Source of the DNA: a virus
Lineage: Duplodnaviria > Caudoviricetes
IMG/VR virus record: IMGVR_UViG_3300033513_000025
Coordinates: 1-40,807 of that record
Strand: one strand, 5' to 3'
DNA length: 40,807 nt
Shown here: positions 9,045 through 16,941 of the stretch, one piece after another
Layout: the number at the start of each line of letters is the position of its first letter
Numbering within the stretch: position 1 is the first letter of the stretch
Position numbers and translations under genes: made by a program
Notes under the pieces: generated by a model
Seen by the model: only the letters and a program-made list of their open reading frames with translations
What the model was told of the DNA's origin: nothing
Database searches by the model: none

Positions 9045-9467
9045 CTATTGCTCCTTTCCTGTTGATAGTCTGCGACAGGCCGGACACCGTAGCTCGTATT
9101 GGTTGCCCGGCGCGAACTTTTCCCCACAGGCTGAGCACTCCTTGAGGAGTGCTGGCCAGAACTCATAAAATTTGTTGCGCGCGGCCTGTAACCAGGCTGC
9201 CGGCGTGTAGATTGCGCCATTGCTGGCCCTCTTCCGGACGTCGCGCTGCCACTGGTTGGAGGTCCAGTAGAATCCCTGGCTCTTCCAGAATGCTGCTGCT
9301 TCCGGCTGGTACCATTCGCTTGGTACGATGATCAGGTGGCCGTCCAGCCGTGGACCGGGTCGCATTTTGGTGAGCTGATCGGCGTAGAGCGCGCGGTAGT
9401 AGGCTGCCCGGCCGGCTGCCTCGCCGGCCGCCTTCTCGGCGTGCAAGTCACTGCGCCACATTGCCAT
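9045..9467 (-). CDS. Hypothetical protein with C-terminal zinc ribbon (140 aa)
   Basis: CSAC...CPAC; coupled to neighbours. Confidence 0.65.
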   Translation of the reverse strand: MAMWRSDLHAEKAAGEAAGRAAYYRALYADQLTKMRPGPRLDGHLIIVPSEWYQPEAAAFWKSQGFYWTSNQWQRDVRKRASNGAIYTPAAWLQAARNKFYEFWPALLKECSACGEKFAPGNQYELRCPACRRLSTGKEQ

Positions 9468-9718
9468 TATCCCACCTCCTGGAGCGCGGCGGTGGCCTGC
9501 GTGTCCACGTGGCCAAAGTCCTGCCTACCCCAGCAGCCGATTGCCCATCCCCCGTTGGGTACCAGCATTTCGACCTCGACGTCAGGGTGCTCCGGCTCTG
9601 CGATGATCACATCGCCGTGACCGCCAACGTAGCCGGTGCGGGCGGCGAATTTGGTGCCGTGGTAGGCTTCCAGTGCTTGCAGGATTTCGTCTATCGTGTT
9701 AAAGTGTCTCTCGTCCAC
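9467..9718 (-). CDS. Hypothetical protein (83 aa)
   Basis: GTG start with AAAGGAG RBS. Confidence 0.65.
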   Translation of the reverse strand: MDERHFNTIDEILQALEAYHGTKFAARTGYVGGHGDVIIAEPEHPDVEVEMLVPNGGWAIGCWGRQDFGHVDTQATAALQEVG

Positions 9719-9754
9719 AGGTCTCCTTTCTGTCTGATTGCGCTTGTGGGCATC

Positions 9755-9789
9755 CCCCAGCCTGGAGGCGGTCCAGGCTGGGGCTTTTT
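9755..9789 (+). terminator. Hairpin with T-run (antisense or bidirectional terminator)
   Basis: CCCCAGCCTGGA-GGCGG-TCCAGGCTGGGG followed by CTTTTT. Confidence 0.55.
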
Positions 9790-10057
9790 ATCTGCCTGAC
9801 TGGCGGCACATCGGGCAGAATCGGCTGGCGTGCTTCCGGTTCTTCAGTTGCCGCTCGAGTTTGCGGTCGCCTTGGTACGTGGCTGCGATTGCCCAGGTGA
9901 CGCCTTGCTCGATTGCTGCCGCCAGGATCCGGGCTCCATTGCCTGCGCGGTGCACCGCTAGCCGGCGGTCGAGTTCCCCCTGCCCGTCCTTGCACCATCC
10001 GATGTAGTGCCAGGCCCTTCCCCCCACTGGCTTGTCAAAGTGGAGCAGGTACACCAT
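9788..10057 (-). CDS. Small GIY-YIG family endonuclease (89 aa)
   Basis: VYLLHF...HYIGW...RRLAVH...LERQLK pattern, C-terminal CPMC. Confidence 0.8.
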   Translation of the reverse strand: MVYLLHFDKPVGGRAWHYIGWCKDGQGELDRRLAVHRAGNGARILAAAIEQGVTWAIAATYQGDRKLERQLKNRKHASRFCPMCRQSGR

Positions 10058-10217
10058 TAGCGTCTGCCTCTTTTCCCGCGCTTCCTGCGCGGGGGCTTCG
10101 ACTTCCCGGCCAGCTCTGCCAGGAGCAGGCAGGAGCGGCCGCTGACGCGCATCCCATAGCGCGCTTTGCGCTGCTTGTTCTCTCTCGCCCTCCATTTCTC
10201 GGTCATTGCTGTCCCCC

Positions 10218-10451
10218 TTATCCTATCCATCGGCGCTTCCAAGCGCGCAGGTCGTCGCGCGTCTGGACGTTTTCGAGATCGGCCATTGCTGCCGCTTCGA
10301 GTCGCTTGAGTTGTTCGATCAATTCGGCTAGGTCAGTCGGCGGTCGATCTTGAAGCTCCAGCTGGTGCGCAACGCTCATTGAGGCAACTGGCACCGTGAT
10401 GCTTCCGTCTGTTACCGCTGGCCGTCCGCTTGCCGTTCTGGTGGCTCTCAT
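10218..10451 (-). CDS. Hypothetical protein (77 aa)
   Basis: ATGA overlap with the upstream gene. Confidence 0.55.
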   Translation of the reverse strand: MRATRTASGRPAVTDGSITVPVASMSVAHQLELQDRPPTDLAELIEQLKRLEAAAMADLENVQTRDDLRAWKRRWIG

Positions 10452-10684
10452 TGTATGCCCGTCCTTTCTGAGATGACTGTCAGTGCTTGCCTGATCCCTG
10501 CGGCATAACTCTCTTGCACCGCTTGCTCTCTGAGTGCTGCGGTTGCCTGGTAGCGCGTGGTCCGAGGATCGGAGAGCGTAGCAGCGTATTCGATGGTCTG
10601 GCAGTATTCCTGGACTAGGTCCGTAATCGCCCGTTCGAGTGCTGCCGTGTCAATTAGTGCCTGCATTGCGAGTTGGCTTGTCAT
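10448..10684 (-). CDS. Hypothetical protein (78 aa)
   Basis: AGGAAAGG RBS, helical composition. Confidence 0.6.
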   Translation of the reverse strand: MTSQLAMQALIDTAALERAITDLVQEYCQTIEYAATLSDPRTTRYQATAALREQAVQESYAAGIRQALTVISERTGIQ

Positions 10685-11121
10685 TGGTTTTGCCTTTCCT
10701 GATCTGGCTCACCTGGTGTCCCACCCGCTGGAGGTCCAGCAGGTGGGACTTGACCGTAACCGGTGCCTATCGGGGCGGGCTTGCTCCGTTCTCGCGTTGT
10801 CCGCGCGTCTCTCGTCGGGCTGTCTCAGCACGGGCGCGCGGGGCTGCAACGGTCGAGGGCACACGTTGCCGGCCAGGCTATGAGCGTGTCAGGTTGGGCG
10901 AGAGTAGCGCTTTAAGGTTCTTTCTGGCGCATCCTCCGCCAGATATACTAATCATACCATAGAAACCAGGGAGAAAAGTGTGTGGTTGGTGAAGGAATAG
11001 TTAATTCCCAAGTTGGGATAAGTGCGACTTTGGGGAGATCGGGGCTTGGCTCCTGATCCTGGGGGCGGCCAGCACAGGGCCAACGGCTGGAAAGCCGTAC
11101 AGCAAGCAGGGGCAAGCGGCC

Positions 11122-11206
11122 GCGGATAACCGTCGAGCTTCCCACCCGCGACAGGCAGACCGACCGGCAGGAGAAAAAACCGGCGGATAACCGTCAAGCT
11201 TCCCAC
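11122..11206. repeat. Two 24-bp direct repeats GCGGATAACCGTC(G/A)AGCTTCCCAC
   Basis: Copies at 11122-11145 and 11183-11206, one mismatch. Confidence 0.85.
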
Positions 11207-11455
11207 TGACGGCAGGCAAGGCGACCAGCAAGGCGGGATCTCCTCTCCTCTCCTCTCTTCCCGCGCACGACAGGTACCGCTACCTCGCAGACGAGGCAGG
11301 CACAACAATTCTCCCCAGCCAGCAGACGAGAGACGGCGCGGGCGGGCCGGGCCGGGCGGCGACAAAAAACCAAGATCAGGGGGCAATAGGCACGCCATTG
11401 GCACGAACCCGCCCGGCCCGGCCCGCAAGGCCCACGGCGACCGCGGACCAGCGGG

Positions 11456-11797
11456 CTAACCGAAACCGGGCAGGGGCAGAGCGCGGGCGAGCACAGGGGA
11501 AGCGGACGAGGAAGCAGAGGGGACAGCGACAGGGGGCACGGGCAGCGGGCGCAGCACGAGGCGCGCCCAGCGGGACCGAGCGCAGGAGAACCGGCGCACC
11601 GGACGCGCCAGCGCAGCAGCGGCCAGACGGCGCGAAAGCGCGCAAGCCCGGCGAGAGAAGCCCAGCCCGCAGGACCAGCGGACCGGGCAGGCGAAGCAGA
11701 GCGCCAGGCCGGCGGCAGCGGCGCCCCCACCGGCGGAGGGCGGGACGCCGGCGCACAGGCCACCAGCGGGAACGGGAGCGAGACGCGGATCAGCCAC
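11456..11797 (-). CDS. A-less gene D (113 aa) with C-X18-C-X2-C-X5-C motif
   Basis: The GTG start overlaps the gene C stop (GTGGCTGA); it ends at a TAG made by a surviving A. Confidence 0.55.
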   Translation of the reverse strand: MADPRLAPVPAGGLCAGVPPSAGGGAAAAGLALCFACPVRWSCGLGFSRRACALSRRLAAAALARPVRRFSCARSRWARLVLRPLPVPPVAVPSASSSASPVLARALPLPGFG

Positions 11798-12206
11798 GGG
11801 CCACCACCCGAAACCACCCGCCACACGCGAGGAACGCGCGCGGAGGGGAGCAACGCGCCAGGAGCGCAGCAGCGCGCGAGAGGCCGCGCAGGCCCAGGCC
11901 GGCCACAGGCACACCGGCGACCGCCACGCACCGACCGGACAGCCGGACCGGGACGCGGATCACCCACAGGCCAGCGCGCAGGCGCACCGGGAGCGCACAG
12001 CCCAGCCGCCCGGCCCAGCGCGCGGCGAAAGCCCCAGCCCGGACCGGGCAGGAAAAGGCACAGGCCAGCACGGAGCCGGGCGAAGCGGCGCCGGCGAAAG
12101 GGCCAGCGCCCACGCCAGCGGGACCGACAGACAGAGCCGCAAGCCGGCCAGCGCGGAAGGCGGACCAGGCCACGGCACGGACGGAAGCGAGAGCCAGATC
12201 ACCCAC
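11790..12206 (-). CDS. A-less gene C (138 aa, MGDLALASVRAVAW...)
   Basis: The GTG start overlaps the gene B stop (GTGGGTGA), with a GGGGGT RBS; amphipathic, protein-like sequence. Confidence 0.6.
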   Translation of the reverse strand: MGDLALASVRAVAWSAFRAGRLAALSVGPAGVGAGPFAGAASPGSVLACAFSCPVRAGAFAARWAGRLGCALPVRLRAGLWVIRVPVRLSGRCVAVAGVPVAGLGLRGLSRAAALLARCSPPRAFLACGGWFRVVARG

Positions 12207-12633
12207 AGCACACCCCCAGCCCCGGACCACCAGAGCGAACGCGGGCCAGCGGCACCCACGCCAGCGCCGGGCAGGCGCCCAGCGCCACCGGCGAACCGAC
12301 AAAAACGAGCACGGAGCCGGGCCACACGACGACGGAGACGGCCAGGCCAGAGAGAAAGGCGCGGGCACGCAGGGAGCGCGCGCGGGCAACCCGGCCAGCG
12401 CCGAAAAACGACCACGCGACCACGGGACCGCAAGGGGAGGGCACAGAAGAGCAGGCGCCAGCGCCAGCGGAGCCGACCGAGAGAGAGAAGGCCAGAGCAG
12501 CAGGAAGACCCACAGCAGCACCCCCCAGCCCCGGCCCGAGGACAGCCCCGGACCGGGAGCGAAAGCGCAGAAGCGCAACCAGGCGGGCAGCCGGCGCCCG
12601 GGCGGCCACCCGGACACACGGACCGGAAAGCAA
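12199..12633 (-). CDS. A-less gene B (about 144 aa; start uncertain, frame is open further upstream)
   Basis: TTG at 12633 lies 6 nt after GGGGGTGG; it ends at a surviving TGA. Confidence 0.45.
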   Translation of the reverse strand: MLSGPCVRVAARAPAARLVALLRFRSRSGAVLGPGLGGAAVGLPAALAFSLSVGSAGAGACSSVPSPCGPVVAWSFFGAGRVARARSLRARAFLSGLAVSVVVWPGSVLVFVGSPVALGACPALAWVPLARVRSGGPGLGVCCG

Positions 12634-13055
12634 GCGGCACCACCCCCGCCGGCGACGGGGACCGAGACCGCCGGAAAGCGCCCGGGCCGGGCGCAACCAC
12701 CCGCAGCCCGCCGACCCACGAGCCCAGCCCGCCAAGGGCGAGCACCCACACGGCCGGACACCACCCAACCCACCCCGCACACGGCCCAGCGCGGACCGCC
12801 CAACGCGACCGGCGCCAGCCCCCCAGCGACGGGACCCCAGAGAGGAGGGCGAAGAAAAGCGGGAAGGACCCCGCCGGGACGCAGCCCGGCGCACACAGCG
12901 CAACCCCCGCGACCAGGCACCAGGCCGGGGGAGAACCCCCGGCCACACGACGACCACCGGAAGGAAGAAGAACCCGGGCACCCCCGGGACGAAGACCACC
13001 CGGCACCCAAGGCCGCACCCCCCACCCGGACCGGGCAGCGGGAGGGAGGACGGGG

Positions 13056-13496
13056 CTAACCCCAGCGCAGCGCCAGGCCGCCCGAGCAGAGAGAAACCAC
13101 CACCCGGACGCCCGCCGCCACCGCCACCGCGCGGAAAGCCGCAGCGAGGCGGAAGCGGGCGGCGCCAGCCAGGACGCAGCCCCAGGGCCCCCAGGGCGCG
13201 CCAGCCCCCCCGCAACGCCAGCGGGAGACGCCGACGGCACCCAGGGCGCCAGCCAGGGAAGCAAGAGGCACGAGGCACCCCCAGGCCGGGAGGAGAACCC
13301 CCCAGCGGAAAGGCCCAGACGAGCGGGGCCACCGGAGGACCAGGAGGACGAAGGACGGGCGAGGGGGACCAGGGGAACACAGCCCCAGCCCAACCCCGGG
13401 GCCGCGAGCGCCGCGCGCCACACGGGGGAGGGAGCAGGCCCCGCCCGAGGGAGCCGACCGGCGCCAACCCCCGCGCCGGGGAGGGAGGGCGGACAC
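13056..13496 (-). CDS. A-less gene A (about 146 aa; start uncertain)
   Basis: First candidate ORF after the A-less promoter; it ends at a surviving TAG. Confidence 0.4.
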   Translation of the reverse strand: MSALPPRRGGWRRSAPSGGACSLPRVARGARGPGVGLGLCSPGPPRPSFVLLVLRWPRSSGPFRWGVLLPAWGCLVPLASLAGALGAVGVSRWRCGGAGAPWGPWGCVLAGAARFRLAAAFRAVAVAAGVRVVVSLCSGGLALRWG

Positions 13497-13591
13497 CCCG
13501 CCCCACAACAGGCCCCGAGGCCAGCCCGGCGCAACCCCGCCGGGGAGGGGGACCCCCACCGGGCCCCGACCACCCACCCACGAACAACAAC

Positions 13592-13620
13592 AGGATACCA
13601 CAAAGCGACAAAAAAAGCAA
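13592..13620 (-). promoter_or_regulatory. Promoter TTGCTT-N17-(TGG)TATCCT for the A-less operon
   Basis: 17-bp spacer, extended -10 TG; its only A is the conserved -11 A. Confidence 0.65.
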
Positions 13621-14785
13621 GAGGGAAGGGGACCAGATAACCCAAAGATAACCCAAACAGAGGCACCAAAAAGAAAACGGACACGAAAACCCGAAGGGGC
13701 AAGACAACCCGACAAAGCGAGGGAAAACGCCGGCGCAGCAGGCCAGCCCCAGCCACCGGCCAGCCCCAGCCCACCGGCGGGAGCGCCCCAGCCGACCGGC
13801 CAGCGCCACCCAGGCCCAGCCGGCCCCCCGCCGAGACAACCCCCACCAGGGAAATTTGGCGGGAACGCGCGAGAGAAGAGGCGGAGGGGGAAAGCGCGAG
13901 CGCGCGAGTGGCCGACAAGAAAAAGATAACCCGGGGAGGAGGGTGGAGGATCAGGCGGGGGGAAGGAGATAACACGGGGGCGAGGCGCGCGCGGGGCCGC
14001 AGTGGGAGGGGGGCAACACTCCCGCCAAAAGTCAGAGTTCCAGGACCGTCCCGGGGCGGGAGGCGGTTGGAAAGTCGCTGCTTTCGGCCCCCCTCCCCAA
14101 GGCCCCGCCTTCCCCCGCGCGCACAGGGCCAGCGGCATGAAGGGAACGGTATCGGTCTGTTGGCGGGGAAAGTGCCGCTGTTCAGGATGCCGCTGGGCCT
14201 GAGCCCCCGCCCCCGGAACGACAATGAGAGCCTGCCGCGGGACGAGACAGGGCTTGGGATTGGTCACGGCTTCAGACGCCCCACGAGGGGGACCCCGACC
14301 TCAATTGAAAGTGGCGGTCAAGGCCGGGAGGCCCCCAGAGAGGTGCAGGGGTTGGCTTTGCGGGTTAGGGACCAGTCCTTGAGGTCTTGGTTGAGATGGA
14401 TTGCGGGTGTTTGCCCCTGTCGGGTACCACTCGCTGCGCCTGGAGGGGGCTTTGCTGGGTGGCGAGGTGCCGCGCGTGGGCCGGGGTGGCGCCTTTGAAG
14501 TTCTGGCTATGCGCGGCTGCGGGGCTCCGGTTCTCCTCCCCGGAGTTGCGCATAGCCTCTTCTGGGACGGCAAGAGGCGAGGGCTTTCGGTTGAGGGGCT
14601 CAGGGATAAAGTTGTGCGGTACTCCGCGCATTCGGCCCATGCTCCAGGACCGTCAGCGGACTGAGCGGCAAATCACTGGAGAAGTGTGAGGCCTTGTACT
14701 GAGGGCCAGCAGGAGATCAGGTACCCATTCCCCTAAAACAAAAAGATAAGCGCGACGCGAGGTAGTGACGGTTTCGCAGGGGCTG

Positions 14786-14801
14786 GGGAAGGTCATAGCA
14801 C
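14786..14801. promoter_or_regulatory. Palindrome TAGCACA-AA-TGTGCTA (LexA-box-like operator)
   Basis: Perfect 7-bp arms; the GCAC half-site is the same as in the two boxed promoters. Confidence 0.45.
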
Positions 14802-14823
14802 AAATGTGCTAAATGGGCCGCTC

Positions 14824-15303
14824 TTACACTCCGTCTCGCGCGTCTTTTTTGTGAGAATCAATATCGTCGGGGTGAACGTACCACACTCCACAGCGGATGG
14901 CGCGAATGGCTCCAGTGCGAGCCTGGTACTGGATGGTGTGCCGGTTGACGTGGAACTGCTCGGCTGCCTGGCGGGTGGTGATGTAACCTGCTGGCGGGGT
15001 AGGGGGCACACGCTGGCTGATCCGGTCGCGCTCACGTGCGCCGGTGATGTTCTCGACGTTGACCAGGATGAGGGCACCATCGTGGCGAGCTTGGAGGCGC
15101 CCGCGCTTGATCCAGCCGTAGATCGTCTTGGGGCTGTTGCCGGTGAGGGCGGCAGCCTCGCGCACGCTTCGCCAAGGGCTTGGCTCATTGGCGGGTGTGG
15201 GTTGGCCGATCAGGCAGGGGTAAATGTTACAGTCTCCGCAGTGGTTTGTTGCAGCGGGACAGGCTGCGGGCTTGGGTCCATAGAGCAATTGGGGCGTGGT
15301 CAT
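14824..15303 (-). CDS. Tandem MerR/excisionase-type (HTH_17-like) DNA-binding protein
   Basis: SVREAAALTGNSPKTIYGWIKRGRL and TTRQAAEQFHVNRHTI; ATGA overlap with the upstream gene. Confidence 0.8.
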   Translation of the reverse strand: MTTPQLLYGPKPAACPAATNHCGDCNIYPCLIGQPTPANEPSPWRSVREAAALTGNSPKTIYGWIKRGRLQARHDGALILVNVENITGARERDRISQRVPPTPPAGYITTRQAAEQFHVNRHTIQYQARTGAIRAIRCGVWYVHPDDIDSHKKDARDGV

Positions 15304-16166
15304 TTCTCCCTCCTGCACTTGTAGGGCCAAAACTCGTTGTAGGGGATCGAGCCAAACCATCGGGTATGCCACCAGTACTTGACGAAGCGCCTTAGCTCCA
15401 GGTCTGTCCAGGGTGGGTGGACGTAGGAGTTCTTTTTCATGGTGTCGAGTGGCTGGTATCTCATCGGGCGGGGGTCTATGCCCCATTTGTGCTTTAGCGT
15501 TTCGCAGCGATAAAGTGCATCGGCGGGCGTGTCGTCGAAGCCGGCGAGAACGTAGACGCCGATCGTCTTGACGCCGATGCCGGCCCGGCGCAGGCGCTGG
15601 ATGGCGTCGTAGACGGCTTGCTCGTCGCGCGTGTGGTCCCAGGCCAGGCGGACTTTGAAGAGGTCCAACTCTGCCAGGCGGCGGGCGTGGTGGTCGGTCA
15701 AGAGGCGCGCGTCGAGCCCCTGGTTAAAGTCCACCCCTGGGACGGGCTTGAGCCGGTCAACGACGTGGTCGAAGTGGCGCTTGGAGCAGGCCAGCAGGTT
15801 GTTGTCGCACACGATAGGCTTGGGCTGCCAGTCCGGCAACTCGACCAACTCTCCCTCGATCTTGGGCACGGCGCAGAACTTGCACTTGTTGGGGCATCCG
15901 CGGGAGGTGAACGTGGCGTCGGGGTTATGGTGGTGGAGGGCATTGGTCTCGCCGCCGATCTGCGCGGTGCCGGCGAGAAACTCGGGGTTGAGGCTGACGG
16001 CGGGGCCGCCGGCGCGCACGTGGAGGCCCTGTCCGCGGTAGAAGGCGGCCCACTTGCGGGCCTGGGGCAATTGCCAGGTAAAAACGACGGAGAGGTAGGC
16101 AACGCCTGCCTGTACCCAGTGGCAGAGGTGGTCGTTCCACGTGGTGTGCGGGCTGGCGTTGCTCAT
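15300..16166 (-). CDS. Radical SAM protein
   Basis: TSRGCPNKCKFC (CxxxCxxC), DNNLLA, DFNQGLDARL, YVLAGF. Confidence 0.88.
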   Translation of the reverse strand: MSNASPHTTWNDHLCHWVQAGVAYLSVVFTWQLPQARKWAAFYRGQGLHVRAGGPAVSLNPEFLAGTAQIGGETNALHHHNPDATFTSRGCPNKCKFCAVPKIEGELVELPDWQPKPIVCDNNLLACSKRHFDHVVDRLKPVPGVDFNQGLDARLLTDHHARRLAELDLFKVRLAWDHTRDEQAVYDAIQRLRRAGIGVKTIGVYVLAGFDDTPADALYRCETLKHKWGIDPRPMRYQPLDTMKKNSYVHPPWTDLELRRFVKYWWHTRWFGSIPYNEFWPYKCRREK

Positions 16167-16396
16167 CACTGCCCTGGCTTTCTGCCTGGCTTGAGGGTGG
16201 CGGCAACTCGCTCGACGTCGGTGACGCGGACGCGCCAGAGTTTGGTGCCGTCGCGCTGGGCAGTGATGCGGCCCTCGGTGGCCCAGCGCTGGATGGTGCG
16301 GGCTGGTACGCCGGTGTGGCGGGCGGCGTCGCGGACGCTGACCAGGTTGTTGGGCCTGGCGCGGGCCTGACGGCGGTTCTGGGTTTTGGTGCTCAC
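16166..16396 (-). CDS. HTH_17-like DNA-binding protein (76 aa)
   Basis: SVRDAARHTGVPARTIQRWATEGRI; GTGA overlap. Confidence 0.8.
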   Translation of the reverse strand: MSTKTQNRRQARARPNNLVSVRDAARHTGVPARTIQRWATEGRITAQRDGTKLWRVRVTDVERVAATLKPGRKPGQ

Positions 16397-16536
16397 GGTG
16401 CACCTGTGAGGTCGAGGGCGGGGCCGTTGAAGTTGAGTGTGGGTGTGGGGAGAAGGATGGGAGCGAGGGCAAGTGTGATGAGGGCGGCGGTTACGATGGC
16501 GAGGGCCACGAGGGCTAGCTTGGTGTCTTTGCTCAT
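16393..16536 (-). CDS. Small single-TM membrane peptide (47 aa)
   Basis: AAAGGAG RBS, first gene after a consensus promoter. Confidence 0.65.
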   Translation of the reverse strand: MSKDTKLALVALAIVTAALITLALAPILLPTPTLNFNGPALDLTGAP

Positions 16537-16561
16537 TGGGCGGTCTCCTTTCTCGTGGCGG

Positions 16562-16590
16562 ATTATACGACAGAATGGGCAAGGTGTCAA
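16562..16590 (-). promoter_or_regulatory. Perfect sigma70 promoter TTGACA-N17-TATAAT
   Basis: Exact consensus on the - strand. Confidence 0.85.
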
Positions 16591-16675
16591 GGGGGGCACG
16601 CGGATGACACGGATAAACACGGATGAACGGGGATGGATGGGATCGGTGGGCGTGCCTGGTTACGTTGAAATCTTT

Positions 16676-16728
16676 GGGGCCGACGGGGCCAGCGGCTCCC
16701 TTTCGCCTGCGCTGGCCCCGTCGGCCCC
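16676..16728. terminator. 19-bp perfect inverted repeat (terminator/stem-loop)
   Basis: GGGGCCGACGGGGCCAGCG at 16676-16694 and its complement at 16710-16728. Confidence 0.55.
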
Positions 16729-16941
16729 CAGTGTTTGGTAGGTGTTAGGCGGACGGACGTGAGTACACGTCCGTCCGCCTCTTGGGGCTGCCATTTGAGG
16801 GTGCTTCCAGCGTCGGGCGCTCCTCAACTCCTCGCCCGACGCGGGTCTTGGCTGAGCATGAGATTGGGTGCGACGGGCGGGCACCTCAACGCCTCCCGCC
16901 CGTCGCACCTCCGCTTGGTTCAGGGTGCCGGCCGAGCGGTC

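Larger units (their letters stand above)
11400..13854. other. Thymine-depleted (+) / adenine-depleted (-) island
   Basis: By manual count T occurs only at 11457, 11790, 11960, 12199, 13057, 13596, 13638 and 13649; 12200-13056 has none. Confidence 0.97.

Noticed and set aside
11398-13059. 553-aa + strand ORF
   Set aside because: Stop codons need T, so a T-free strand is open by default. The product is low-complexity, and the promoter and coupling signals point to the - strand.
11400-13854. Diversity-generating retroelement as the cause of adenine loss
   Set aside because: No reverse transcriptase and no TR/VR pair were seen, and the region is far longer than a VR. A trans-acting mutator cannot be fully excluded.
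11790-14267. Very long overlapping - strand ORFs (754, 546, 411 and 403 aa)
   Set aside because: Their length is an artefact of missing A. Only the 3' segments with an RBS or coupled start were retained.
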